From Octopus vulgaris (lineage: Eukaryota), in assembly GCA_951406725.2 (NCBI GenBank), contig OX597816.1, positions 48,174,001-48,238,000 of the forward strand: DNA of 64,000 nucleotides, read 5' to 3'. Of the stretch, positions 42,480-55,377 are shown piece after piece. Within the stretch, counting starts at the first letter, position 1, and every line of letters starts with the position of its first letter. A program made the position numbers and the translations under genes. The notes beneath the pieces are model-generated. The model saw only the letters and a program-made list of their open reading frames with translations. It did not search any database and had not been told where the DNA came from.

Positions 42480-43215
42480 ATACTTTGCAGTATTTATTAG
42501 CGATTTGCATTTGGACAAAACTCATTGCTAAAATTGTCAAGAAGGCTGAGGGTGTCTTGGCATCACTAACCAAGTCCTTTGTGAGCCGCTGTCTATCTGA
42601 GGCTTTATATAGCTATGGTGCGGCCTCACCTGGAATTTGCATTACTGGTCTGGAACCCCTATCTTGCCCAGGATATTAATCATCTGGAACCCATTCAGTG
42701 ATGTGCAACCAAGAGAATACCCTCCATCAGGCATTTGCCATATTCTGAATGCCTTACTTCCCTGGGCATGGATACATTGAAACTCCAACATCTGGCAGCT
42801 GATTTGGCAGACACCCATAAAATTATTAACCATCTTACTAACAATAACTCTGAACACCTTTGCAAACTCCACCTATCTAACACCCTTGGACATGTTTCCA
42901 AAGTCAGAAAACAGCACAGCTCCCATGACTTTTGGAAACATTTTTCACGCTAAGAGTTGCTGAAGCATGGAACAAACTGCCGGCATCAGTTGTTAGTTGT
43001 CGGAGCGCTGCATCCTTCAAAATTTCCATGCTTCCTGAGAATCGCCAAGACTTATTCCTGATTTTCTCCCCTCCATACACACGCAAGCATGTATCTGACT
43101 CATACACTGTTCACTTTCCAGACATTTGTACATTACTGTATATGCTTTATATGCACTTTTGACAAGTTGTGGTGCACCTGAGCACTCTATACAATAATTT
43201 CATTATTGTTATTAT
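42480..43215 (+). mobile_element. CR1-clade LINE, 5'-truncated and frameshifted, with 3' UTR
   Basis: WTKLIAKIVKKAEGVL..., LPYSECLTSLGMDTLKL..., FFTLRVAEAWNKLPASVV; 3' stem GGTGC ACCTGA GCACT; (CAT/TAT) tail. Confidence 0.88.
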
Positions 43216-43250
43216 ATTCTGACTCTTGACATTCTGAGTCAATGTCCCAC

Positions 43251-43367
43251 TGGAATAGTATTAATAATTAAATAAATATTGAGTGGCTAGAGGTCAAAGA
43301 AGTGAAATTATCAAATATCATTTTTATCATTATTTCATCAAAGCCAAAGTCTTTGTTTTTTTTTTCC
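43251..43367 (+). repeat. Direct repeat, copy 2
   Basis: See 41825-41940. Confidence 0.93.
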
Positions 43368-43892
43368 TTATATCTCATCCTTTCAAGAGTCATAAAATAT
43401 AGTATCAGTCCAGCAGAGCAGTGAACAGATTGAATGTTAGAGCATACAACAAGAAACCTTGTGGTTATTGGTCCAGCTCTTGGTATTCTAAGTTCAAATC
43501 CTACCGTGGCTTACTTGGATGGTAGATTTAATCTGTTGCGCTGTTTAATCCTAATACCTGGTCCTTGGATGACTTTAGTAGTGTCCAGTTCATTCCCAGA
43601 TTTTGGACCAGATATCCAGTTTGAGAATAACTTCCTTCATTTTACCTACAAGTACTACTGGAAAATTAAGGCTCATAAGCACTACCATTCTTCCAAACTA
43701 AATGATGAAAAAACAATGAATTGGCTGTGAAGTTTCATTGAATTTTTAACAAAAGTCAGTACATGTAGTCATGAATTCCAACCTCACTACATCATTTACT
43801 TTGTACCCTCACATTTGGTACATTACTTACTTTGTAACATTGAAAACAGAGTTTGCTAATGTTTTATAGTCAAGTGGGTGGTGGTAGGTAGA

Positions 43893-45005
43893 GACTTGTT
43901 TCAAAATATGTAAAAGATTAAATTTGCCAGGAGCTTTATGTTACTAAATGACTAAATTTTAAAAGAAGACATGCTCCAAAATATCTATATAATAATCTGC
44001 TTGTTCGTTTTTCCATTATACTTTAGTTAGCTGGAGTGTTGGAGGTGAAGCTAAAGTGAGAAAGAGAGAGAAGAGAGAAGAAATGTGAGCAGAGAAGAAA
44101 GAAGAGAGGAATAAATATAATAATACACTAAGGCCAAATGCATCATGTGATTAGTTGAAGGGAGAGGTGAAGAGTGAGAGAAAAAGACAGTGAAAGAAAA
44201 GTGGGAGAGAGAAGCGTTAATGATGTACTGTAGGGTGAGGAGGGGAGGGTGAAGAGAAAGAGAGAAATGTTGAAGACATGAAGAAGGGAATTACATGGTT
44301 AAAAAGTTTGTTGAAGAGATAGAGAAAAACAGAAAAATATAAAGTGTTTAGCAGAGGGAAATTTTAAAATCATATAATACATTATTGTGACTGGAAGTGA
44401 AAAACTTAGCAAAATATTAATAAAAATGCGAATCATCCTCTCTTTCTTAAATAGCTTTTCTTAATCTTTTTCATTCTGTGAAATTTCCACAGGTCTCACT
44501 AGTGTGTTTAAATTTGCTAGAGGCTCTATGTTATAAAATAACTAAACCAAAAAAGAAGGCATACTCCAAAATATGTAAATGGCTAAATTTGATGGAAGCA
44601 TCCTGTTACTAAACACTACTGTATTTTTTAGCATATAAGTCAAATGTTTCAGACTAAGATTTACAGCCAAAAAAAAAAAACCTAGACTTATACACCAAGA
44701 CGATTTTTGAGGTCTAAAAGTTGCATGTGAAGTGCAGCAAGATTTGGACTGACAGTGACAGTGTTTGACTGTTTATACCATATACTATTTTGGCTTGTAT
44801 ACTGGAAAATATGGCAAATTTAAAAGGAAGACTTGTTCCAAAATATGTAAATCTAAATATGTAAAGTTACAAGAAACATCGTGTTACGATACAACTAAAT
44901 TGAAGAGAATGACTTGCTCCAAAATGTGCAAATGGCTAAATTTTCTAGAAGCACTATGTTAATAAATGGCTAAATTAAAAAGAAAGACTTGATTGAAATA
45001 TGTAA
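43893..45005. repeat. Degenerate ~75-bp minisatellite (about 5-6 units) split by two insertions
   Basis: The unit start GACTTGCTCCAAAATATGTAAATGGCTAAATTT recurs at about 43893, 43968, 44559, 44830, 44911 and 44986. Confidence 0.78.
44619..44814. mobile_element. pogo/Tigger-like MITE
   Basis: TIRs CTGTATTTTTTAGCATATAAGTC and GGCTTGTATACTGGAAAATATGG differ only by transitions; flanks TA/CA. Confidence 0.6.
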
Positions 45006-45225
45006 GAGCTTTGTTGTTTAATCAACTGAATTACCCATTTATTAAATTCATTTGTAAGTGGTCACTATTCCTGTTATGAATCAGCTTGAAATAGCATTTG
45101 ATAAGGCTGGACCTTTTTTTTTTTGAATTACAGCTATAGTTCACCATTGACTGTGCCTCCACTCATATTCACCATTCACTGTATTCACCTCTGTCCATCT
45201 GCTACTTCCACACTCTAGCAATCCT

Positions 45226-45466
45226 TATTTCCTTATTGCCCACAAGGGGCTAAACACAGAGGGGACAAACAAGGACAGACAAATGGATTAAGTTGATTAC
45301 ATTGACCTCAGTGTGTAACTGGTACTTATTTAATCGACCCTGAAAGGATGAAAGGCAAAGTCGACCTCGGTGGAATTTGAACTCAGAACGTAACGGCAGA
45401 CGAAATACTGCTAAGCATTTCGTCTGGCATACTAACGTTTCTGCCAGCTCACTGCCTTTACCCTCT
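45226..45466 (-). mobile_element. SINE family A, full-length, with 16-bp TSD
   Basis: TSD ACACTCTAGCAATCCT at 45210-45225 and 45467-45482. Confidence 0.93.
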
Positions 45467-46373
45467 ACACTCTAGCAATCCTACCTGCCCACTCACCCTG
45501 TCCAATCCTCTGGACTATCCTTCTAATCATTCACCTTTCTGCAACTTGAGAGTGCATCCTAGCACTTCTGCACCTTCTTCTCTTCCCCTCAGGTATAACC
45601 ATGTATCTCCTACTGCAAGACACCGGTTCCTTTCTCTTTATCATACTTTGGCCTCTCATTACTCAGCATAAAACTACCTCCCTCAATATTACACTCCTCA
45701 GTTGCAGAGTCTTGTTTTATGAGTTACCTGGTGACCTCACCTGAGATGTTGCTAGATAAAATGTGCTCAGTACATTCTGTGGAGTGGTTGGCATTAGAAA
45801 GGCTATTTAGCTGTAGAAACCATGTCATAGCAGATATTGGAACTTGGTGCTTATTGGCTCCTGTCAAACTGTCCACCTGTTGCCAGTGTGGAAAATGGAT
45901 GTTAAATGCTGACAATGATGATGATAGATCCATCAATCTACACAATTTCACTCACAAGGTCAAAACCTGCCTAAGATGCCAAGATGTAGGATTGAACCTT
46001 GGACATCATGCCTGCAAAGTAAACTTCTTAATCACTTGACCATGTTTGTGTCATGCCCATGATTAAATGAAGAAGGAAAAAAAATGAAATTGAAAAAATA
46101 CCTGTTGTTGTTTCTGATACTACTATTACTACTTTTTATTGGCTTCATTTCTCTTAAGCTTATGCATGTCCTCGGCTCTCATAGCCCATGTTTCACTACC
46201 ATACAGAATAACTGTCTGCACACAGAAATATAGCATCAGTAGTGCTTCTACCTAGCACAAAGCCAAACTGCATCTCGTCTAGACTAGCTTTTTCCCTAAT
46301 TAGTTGGGCTATGACTCTCTCTGCAACTTTCATCACCTGATCCAACAATTTGATACCTCTATAATTATATATA

Positions 46374-46412
<39 letters not shown>

Positions 46413-47229
46413 TATTACTGTTTCCTTGTTTTGATATCACATGATAATTGTAAATGACTGTCACCATCATGAGAGTGACATCCTTTGTTTATAATTCTGC
46501 CAGATAAAAAATTTGTCAAGTTAGTAGACATGTTATGTGTACTGCCCACTCAAGAGTTCAAATTCCTAGATCCTTCTTCAAAACTATAATGACCTGCTGC
46601 CCTCTTATTTCTAGCCAACACAGTTTGTCTAGCTTCCAGAAATTTTGAGTTTGGTGTAAGGCAGTATGGCATAGAACTTTGCTTCTCAACCTCATAGCTT
46701 TGGGTTCAGTCCCACCACACTGCACCTTGAGCAAATGTCTTCTTCTATGAACCCGGAGCAACCATTGTTTTGTGAGGTAATTTGATAGAAGGAAACTGAA
46801 AGAAGCCTGTTGAGTGTGTGTACGTGTGTTTACAAATTTGCAGTGAGTTATGCAACTGATGGTATCACCATTTGCAACTGAACAGCAAGTTGTGATTGTT
46901 AGCTTGGTGATTTTAAATTTCCCTAGAATTGAAATGCTCTTACTTGATAAACAGGTAAAGGTTAGTCACTGGAAGAGCAACCAACTGTAAAAACCTTGCC
47001 TTAACTATCTCCTCGTCTAAAAAGATGTTAAATGAATAAATGGATGAGTACATCTCTGTTCTATCCAAGAGTCCTCATTTGTTTAAGGTTGCAAAATACC
47101 CTTCTATGAAAAAATCCTCTCAGCATTTTGAAGACATTGGAAGTTTTAAGATAACTGTTACCTCCATTGTGAAAAAAGTGTCTCTGTCTTTGGACAGAGA
47201 GCAGACAGTATGAAGTGTGTATAATAAAA

Positions 47230-47618
47230 CTAGCAGTATCGCCCGGCGTTGCTTGGGTTTGTTTCAACCCTTTAGAATTGGAATTTTTGAAAAGTAAAAA
47301 TTTTGCATTATGTAGCTTGTTATTCTCTTTAAGTGAACATTTTTCTGCTTGAAATACACCGAAAAATGGCGACACAGCAGTAAAAAAATCGTAAAAAATA
47401 GGGATTTTCATAGAAAAAAAGCACCTTTTTGATGTAAATAATTTTTGGTGTTAACATGGTTTGATTTGAATTTTTTCTTCTACGGAAGGAAGAGCAAGCC
47501 TTCTTCTATCATACTCTCAATTTTGGTCAACTTGCACTGCAGGGTCTCGGAGATAGTGTTAGTTGAAGGCTATCAAACCGGCCATACACAAACAACTTCA
47601 GCTTTATATATATAGAGA
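47230..47618 (-). mobile_element. Non-autonomous Helitron (389 bp)
   Basis: On the minus strand: host A | TCTCTATATATATAAAG ... hairpin CCCAAGCAACGCCGGG ... CTAG | host T. This is the canonical Helitron terminus pattern with no TSD. Confidence 0.8.
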
Positions 47619-48393
47619 TGTAATGCTGCAGTGCAGTGAGGTGCATGCTGTTGAGTGGAAGATATGTGAAAGCTAGAGTTTACAGATCTAATTGAATGTG
47701 TGGCATTAACTTGCATAACTGAGGATGTGACATTAACTGGTGAATCAGGAACAGCGGCTGTGCTGATATGGTCTTATAAGACAAATGGATGACGCTTCTT
47801 GGTTGGCAAAGCGCTTGGGTGAATATTTGAAGGTAGTAAAGGAGGAAGTTGTTGAAATACACTAGAGGAAATAGTAATGAGAAAATTTTGAACCTGAAAG
47901 CTAAAATAGTGTGTGACAAAGAAATGTAACAAATATAATGAGTATTTTGTTGATATCATTTTTACATGGTATTGGTACCAAATTTTTAATGGAAAATATT
48001 TATAGTTGGTGGATTGGCAGTTATTTGGAGACTGTACTATCTGCAATCATTTTAAACCCAATACAATAAAAACACTGCATGGAGTGTACTTATCAATGAT
48101 GATAGATAATGATGTGAGTTAATGGAGGTTACAAGGTTTGGATTAACTGCTAATGGTTGGTCAGGGACCTAAGAAACATTGCTTTTGTTACTTTTGTATT
48201 TCTCTAAAAAAACAAGAATTATATCAACATTTAGTTATAACAAAAATTTAATTTCTCTGCTTTATTTAAGTAGGCATTAGTGTGTCATACTCAACCAACA
48301 GAACCTTTGAAAATCCATTTCATAATGTCCTCTCTTGTGAATTTAAAATTTTCCCAAAGTATATCAATAAGCAATCAATAAATACGATCATTT

Positions 48394-48424
<31 letters not shown>

Positions 48425-48819
48425 TTTAATTTAGTTTGAAATTACTTTTTTGCTCTCTATCCTTTACCGTTATAGTCAACTGTAGGTGCATGTGTGTTTC
48501 TTTTATATTCCAATGTTGGTAGAAGCTTGTCTTCAGGCTGGGTTTCCGTGTCATTTATTATTTGTGCAATGTCTTATTTATTATTTATTCAGTCCATGTC
48601 ACATTATTTTCATGTTTTGATGCTTTCTTCTAAATAATATCACTTTTTTTTTCATTTACTTTGTCAAGAAAGAAAATTAATCATGCCATCTTTGTTTATT
48701 TATAAATTCTCTATTTATTTTAAATAACCCAGTGATTTTCAGATAAATATTAAAAACAAAACAAAAAAACAAGAAAAAATTCATTATAGAAGAATATGAG
48801 TTTAAGAGCAAAATTATCC

Positions 48820-48935
48820 TCCTCCTCCTCCTCCTCCTTCTTCTTCTTCTTTCCTCCTCCTCCTACTGCTCCTTCTTCTTTCCTCCTCCTCCTGTTGCTG
48901 CTGCTCCTCCTCCTCCTCCTCTTCTTCTTCTTCTA

Positions 48936-48975
<40 letters not shown>
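48820..48975. repeat. (CCT)n/(CTT)n/(ATT)n compound trinucleotide tract
   Basis: Directly visible. Confidence 0.9.
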
Positions 48976-49632
48976 CCTCCCATCAACTGTGACAACAACT
49001 ATATTGAATTCTTTTGATTGTTTTCATTGTGTCTTAATCTTTCATAACCTCTGATACTGTTTCCTTTATTTATTTTCCTTTAATTTCAGCTGTCAATCCT
49101 TTTGCTGCTAATAATCTGTCTTTCTTATCCTTCACTGACAGCAACTTGTGCAAAAGATGGCTAGATTTCTCGATATAATTTCTATTTTCATTAATAAAAC
49201 TTTCCAATCGAGATTACTTGAATCAACAGCAAATTTCATTTTTGCATTTTCAAACAGAGAGCATACGCACGCAGACACACACAAAACAATAAAAAGCAAC
49301 TGCAACAACAACAAAATAAAAGCAAGAATGTGTATCTTGTAACAAAAAGCCCACTGAAATAAGCGTTTTTGAATGATAATGTTTCTTTCCATGATCATTA
49401 TCCACTGCTGCATCACTGCCATTGTCATTATCATCATCCTGATCATAATCATTCCTTTTATCATCAATATCATAATCATCATCATCATCATCCTCAGTAT
49501 CATATCATTGTTTGATGCTGCTATCATTCTTGTTATGCTATCATTCTGATATGTTTTTCCCAACTTGTCTACATTAATATTTTTCTCCTTTTTTTTAAAA
49601 ATTTTTCTTTCTTTTTCTTTTCTCCTTTTCAG

Positions 49633-49673
49633 GAAGCTTTTTATTGGTCGTTTAAGCTGGGAGACTCGTTCAG
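49633..49673 (+). CDS. Internal coding exon (41 nt) of an RRM RNA-binding protein, Musashi/DAZAP1/hnRNP A-D-like; encodes (x)KLFIGRLSWETRS(x)
   Basis: A long polypyrimidine tract ends TTTTCAG (AG 49631-32) and the donor is GTATTT at 49674. The peptide matches the RNP2 region K(L/M)F(I/V)GGLSW(E/Q)T. The 41-nt length and phase 2/phase 1 boundaries match exon 2 of Musashi/DAZAP1 genes as I recall them. Confidence 0.85.
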
Positions 49674-50280
49674 GTATTTAAACTTTATATTTTTATGTCA
49701 GTTTATTGTTGGTTTTTGTAAATAGCTACAATGTTAAAAAAAAAAAAAAAAAAAAAGTGATTTAAAAAGAAAATAAGAAGAAAGAAATGGTTTTTTGAAA
49801 TGGCTTTTTTTTTCTTTTTTTTTTCAAAAACTTTTTATGCTGCCCTGAATCAAATACCACAATTTTTTTTACCCCCTTCTTTTGATTAAACAACTTCCGA
49901 GAGAATTGAAAAACTCACATAGCCAAGCAATCAATAAATATTAAGTAAAAAAAAATAAAAGAACCAAGAAAATAAGAAAAACAAGAAACAAAAAAAAAAC
50001 CCCAAAAGATACACAAATTGGGTATTTTATATAAAGAATTTTTAAAGCTGCAAGAAATCCATTTCTATTTAAATTCCTGCAGAAACTATATCAGATACAA
50101 TGATGTCATTAATCAAAGCAACAGAGTGGCAGAAATTCTTGTAGAACACAAAGGCAAGCATGATGGACTTTAACTTGTTGATGCTGTATGGTGGAGTTGT
50201 AACAGGCAATACACAAAATGTCATGTAGTAGTAGTAGTAGTATCTACCTGTCTGTCTGGCTGTCTCACAGGCCTGGCATA

Positions 50281-50436
50281 GGTGCAGGCATGGCTGTGTG
50301 GTAAGAAGTTTGCTTCCCAGATACATGGTTCTGTGTTTGGTCCTCTGTGTAGAACCTTGGACAAGTGTCTACCATTACAGTGCTGGATGGCAAAAGGCTT
50401 GTGAATGGATTTAGCTGAAGGAAACTGAAAGAAGCC
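50281..50436 (+). mobile_element. SINE family B head (host of the DD37D transposon)
   Basis: GGTGCAGGCATGGCTGTGTGGTAAG...GGAAACTGAAAGAAGCC. Confidence 0.8.
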
Positions 50437-51692
50437 CAGGATACAGTGAATAAATTGTTGTCTAAGTTATGCAAAAATGAAAATAACACAGACATCTCAT
50501 TTTAACAGATATATTTACAAAAATTACATTAAAATATCTTGAAATACTAACGAGTAAATTTATTCAATAAAATCGCCATTGGCTTCAACTATGGCCTCCA
50601 GCTGACTTCGGAATCTCCTGCAACTCTTCTGGACGGTATCCTTGTTTAAGTTGGTGAATGCTGCCATAATCCTTGCCTTCACTTCATCTTTGGTGTTACA
50701 AGGACTTTTGTTGGTCTCTCACTCAACTGTGCCCCACACATAATAATCAAAGAGGTTGCAGTCTGGAGAGTTAGGTGTCTAGATGTTAGGGGTGATGTGG
50801 TGGCAAAAATTGTCTGACAACCATGACTGGGTTCTCCTGCTTGTATGGCATGGTGCAGATTCCTATTGCCAGACATAGGATCTTCTAGCAGCCACCTCTT
50901 GACCCAGGGCAGCACTACCTCCTCCAGGAACTTGACATAGGCCTCTGTGTTGAGTATGAGGCCATGTGGGAAGATGAATGGGGGCAAAATGTTGCCACAC
51001 TCCAAACACCATAATGTTGACTGGAAGTTTGATTTTTATCTCTCTCAGTACATGTTTTGGGAACACAGCAAACCAACAGTTATTCTGTGTGATAATCATC
51101 TGGTAGAAATTTTACTTGTCTGAGAAAACCCAAAGCATATTCGGTTGGAAGGAATGCTTGAATTTGTTCAAAAATTCCATAGCACAGTCTTTCCTCTTGT
51201 CCTTGATGGTTTGGGATAAAAATTGGCCCTTTCTTATCTTGTACAAGGAATACTGACTGTCTTCATGTCTTACCTGCCTGATAAGAAACTTATACACTCC
51301 CATGTCCCTGCGATGGACCTGATTGACTTGGAGGGATTGTTGTCAATCATGGTCTGGTTCTCATCAACAAATTTAGGAGTTCTTTTCTTATCAGAACAAC
51401 CAGAGTGAGTTTTCTGAGCTGCTGTACCATTATAATTACCATTGTACTCATCCAACTCATTCCGAATCCTCTGAAATGTTCGTATTGGAGCTTCTGGTGC
51501 AAATGCCAAGCTGTAGAGCATGTTGTTTTGAAATTTCTGGGAGAGTGAATTGTGTCATGGTGCTGTTTTTCTCACAGATGGTGCCCAACTGACCCTACTA
51601 TACTGTATAGTCAACAAATTCAAAAACAAACAATGTGCATGTGTGAAATTAAAAATATAAAATGGCAACAATAATTTACCCATCATACCCTG
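50437..51692 (-). mobile_element. maT (DD37D) transposon, near full length (1256 bp), transposase pseudogenised
   Basis: Minus strand VWQ*ESAPCHTSRRTQSWLSDNFCHHITPNI*TPNSPDCNLFDYYVWG has 37 residues between the 2nd and 3rd catalytic positions. Degenerate TIRs CAGGATACAGTGAATAAATTGTTG and CAACAATAATTTACCCATCATACCCTG. Confidence 0.9.
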
Positions 51693-51730
51693 TGTGTGTG
51701 TATGTGTGTGTGTATATATATATATGTAAA

Positions 51731-51920
51731 GGTGCAGGTATGGCTGTGTGGTAAGAAGCTTGCTTCCCAATCACATGGTTCCGGGTTCAGTCCCACTGCA
51801 GTGCACCTTGGACAAGTGTCTTTTACTATAGCTTCAGGCCAACCAAAGCCTTGTGAATGGATTTGGTAGATGGAAACTGAAAGAAGCCTGTTGTGTATGT
51901 ATATATATATATATATATAT
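51731..51920 (+). mobile_element. SINE family B head to linker
   Basis: GGTGCAGGTATGGCTGTGTGGTAAG...GAAGCCTGTTG then (TA)n. Confidence 0.88.
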
Positions 51921-51924
51921 ACAA

Positions 51925-52075
51925 TAGTTGGAATTTACAAAAAACAAAAGATGAAGGTAGGTGTGTAAACAAAAACAGGTGTATTAGTTTAACATTTGGG
52001 AAGGTGAGAAAGTCTTGTATGTTTTGAGCCTATGCTCTTCAACAGAAAGGAACATGAGAAAATAAACAGAAATGT
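51925..52075 (-). mobile_element. Penelope-type terminal-repeat remnant with degenerate hammerhead motif (52013-52050), in a SINE B linker
   Basis: Minus strand CCTTT-CTGTTGA-A-GAGC ATAG GCTC-AAAA-C-ATA-CAAGA. Same family as 59990-60190. Confidence 0.62.
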
Positions 52076-52354
52076 GTGTGTGTGTGGTTCAAATGTACAG
52101 AAAACAATAGACAAAGACAGGTGAGAGAACGACAAGTAAGTGTATTAGTTTGACATGTATGTGTGTGTGTGAGTTTGTTCTTGTGTTTGTGTCCTACCAC
52201 TGCTTGGTAACTGGTGTTGGTTTACTTACATCCCTGTAACCTAACTGTTCAGGAAAAGACTCCGATAGAATAAGTATCAGGCTTTAATATAAAGATACGT
52301 GCTGGGGTTGATTCTTTCAACTAAAACCTTCCAATGACTAAAACAGGAAAAAGA

Positions 52355-52810
52355 TAAGAAGCCTGCTTCCCAACCACATAGTTCTGGATTCAATCCCACT
52401 GCATGGCATCTTAGGCAAGGATCTTCTATAGCTTTGGGCTAACCAATGGCTTGTGAGTGGATCTGGTAGATGGAATATGGAAGAAGCCTGTTGTACATAT
52501 ATATATATATATATGTATATATATCTATCTGTGTGTTTGTGTCTGTGTTTGTCTCCCACCCCTGCTTGACAATCAGTGTTGGTGTGTTTATGTTCTTGTG
52601 ACTTAGCAGTTTGGCTAAAGAGATTGATAGACTGAGTACCAGGCTTAAAAACAGAAAAAAAATCAGTACCTCAGTTGATTTGTTCGACTAAAATTCTTTA
52701 ATGGTAGTGCCCCAACATGGCCACAGCTCGTGTGCTGAAACTAGATGAAATAAAAAAAAAAAGTCAGTGCTCTAGTATGGCCACAGTCTACTGACTGAAA
52801 CAATAAAAGA
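52355..52810 (+). mobile_element. SINE family B, degenerate
   Basis: GCTTCCCAACCACATAGTTCTGG...CTCCCACCCCTGCTTGACAATC...ATGGCCACAGTC. Confidence 0.8.
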
Positions 52811-54289
52811 TGAAAAACATATCCAGCCATCCTTTTGTATTGAGTTCAAATCCTGCTAAAGATGACTTTGATTTTCATCTCCAGACTGATGTTAAAATAA
52901 ACACCATTATTTATTATATCAAGTTGCATCCTTTCTTCATAAACTGTTTGGTTTTGTGCCAATGCTAGAAGACCTTGTTAAGTAGTAACAAAGATATATT
53001 TGCTGAATAGTTCGAATGATAGATGAATGATTCTAGGTTATGGGTCCAAACGTTGTAACAAAATTCGAATGTTGTCCCTGGACAAGGTATTAATTTATTC
53101 CCCACCTCTTTAACTGGTCTATTTAGTTTAGCCAGTAAGTATCACCCTATGGTTGAGTTTTGAAATTAGATAGGTCATTCATCTATAAGAATCTTTCCTT
53201 CAGTAATTCATGAAACTAATGATATCAAAATAGGTGTGAACTGTTATTACAAGAAAAGTATTGAGTCGGAACTGAGAAATGAATTGTTAGTTTTGCATTT
53301 ATTAACTGTGATACAGATGTTAAAGGTTTTTTTTTACTTAAACCTTAGCTCAATTTTTTTTTATCCTTCTTCATTTTTATTTTGTTAGTTTCTTATCTAT
53401 TCTCACTTGAATGAAGATCAAAATGATTTATGAGGGATTAAAGACAAAACTATAGGTCACTGAACTACTTTTCTTCTCTTGTTTTGTGTTTTTCCCAAAT
53501 CTTCGCTCCTTATTTTACTTTATTTTATTTTTCATGATGGAAGGACTTCTACTTTATTATACATTTGATTCTCTCTTTCTTTCTTCCTCTCTTCATGTAT
53601 CATATCTACGGCTGTCAAAGATCATGGACCTCTGTGTGCCAAAGTCCGAAGATTTATAATTTTTCTAGGGAAAGATACAGTAGTACTGGTTTGTTTAGAA
53701 TTTACTCTTCTAGTCACCCGCTCTTCTGAGTTTATTGCTTGAAATACAGTGCCTTTTTAACCCTTAGTTGGTGGAACTGGTTCACATAATATCAGGGCAT
53801 CTTCAAACGCCAGTGGGCTTGTATGGTACATGTCTAAGGGAAAGGTCAGCCCCACTTCTGAGTTCTGAATACCTTAGCCACAGCACCGACCATCTGCTAT
53901 TTCCTCTATAACCAAAGCTCTAAAGGGGTACTGCTACCCTGGTCAAAAGTTGACCTGGGAGTATTGCTGGCTTAGAGATAACTCCTTACTCCTCAATACT
54001 CCTGGAGTGAAGCTCCATCTAAGGAGGTTCACCACAGAATGCAGTTTAATGTTTCACCCAGGACAAAAGTGTTGCATTTCATCCTTTCAGGGTTAATGAA
54101 ATATGTACCAGTTGTGCACTAGGGTCAATGTAATTGATGCACCTCCTCCACCAACATTTCAGGCCTTGTGCCTGTAGTAGAAAGGATAATAATAATAATA
54201 ATAATAATAATAATATTGATAATACTTAGCCTCCGCTCCCTGCAAAAATTTTCTAGATTGTGTGCCTATAGTAAAAAGAAAGATTATTA

Positions 54290-54765
54290 TTATTGAGTGA
54301 GAGAAGAATGCATGCCGTCAAAGTGACACTGGGGTACAAATATACGAAGCCCAATGTACCCATCGTGACTATCCATCTGATAAGAGTACACAAAGCATAT
54401 GCATCACAACCATATGTGTGTGACATGGTAACCTTGTATCAAGATAAACAGTGCATGAACTGGCAAGTGAGACCCAGTTAGAATTTTCTTCAGGTTAAGT
54501 TGCCCATCCTGTTCAAAAGGTCCATGAATGAAGGTTCTTTAAGGATGATGAACGAAATACCCATGCTTCTGGAGGTGAATTATTCAAACCCCAAAGAATT
54601 CCTCTCAATACATGGCTTTGATGCTCCTCCATATTCCTGCTCATGATCAGAGATGCACATATGCTCAGCTACCAAGGGACATGCTCAACTGGTTAAGGTC
54701 AAGCAACTGACAAGCAAGTCTGGTATTGACCAGAATATTTGCTGTAGCCCATCTTTTATACCAAT
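54290..54765 (-). mobile_element. Unclassified interspersed repeat with (AAT)n tail
   Basis: Higher-GC block ending on the minus strand in CTCACTCAATAATAATAAT. No protein motif recognised and no second copy in the window. Confidence 0.4.
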
Positions 54766-54822
54766 CGGTTAAGGTCAGAAGCCATGAGAGCCAGTGCCTG
54801 GAACTGCATCATCATCATCATT

Positions 54823-54866
<44 letters not shown>

Positions 54867-54884
54867 TATTATTATCATTATCAT

Positions 54885-55062
54885 TAAGACGGTAAGCTGG
54901 CAGAATTGTTAGCATGCTGGATGAAATGCTTAGCAGTATTTTGTATGCCACTATGTTCTGAGTTCAGTTTCTGCTGATGTTGACTTTGCCTTTCATCTTT
55001 TAAGGGTTGATAAATTCCCCCCTTCCCAGAAAATCTTTTGCATTGTGCCTATAGCAGAAAGG

Positions 55063-55097
<35 letters not shown>

Positions 55098-55325
55098 AAG
55101 GGCAAGCTGGCAGAATCATTAGCACACTGGATGAAATGCTTAGCGGTATTTTGCCTGTCGCTATGTTCTGAGTTCAAATTCTGCCAAGGTCAACTTTTTC
55201 TTTCATCCTTTTGGGGTCAATAAAATAAGTACCAGTTGTGTACTGTGGTCAATCTAATTGACTGGTCCCCACCTAAAAAAAAAAAAAAAATTCAGGCCTT
55301 GTGCCTATAGTAGAAAAGAATAAAA
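54885..55325 (+). mobile_element. Two tandem SINE family A copies (tail variant B) separated by (ATT)n
   Basis: The head GGCAAGCTGGCAGAAT occurs twice; tails TTGTGCCTATAG(C/T)AGAAA. Confidence 0.85.
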
Positions 55326-55377
55326 TAATTACCAGTGAAACACTGGGGTGTTGTGATCGACTTGTCTCTTCACCCAC

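Noticed and set aside
49148-49342. ORF just upstream of the RRM exon as a possible first exon (phase-2 donor TT|GTAACA)
   Set aside because: Frame-compatible, but the donor is weak and the peptide has no recognisable similarity. Cannot be supported without transcript data.
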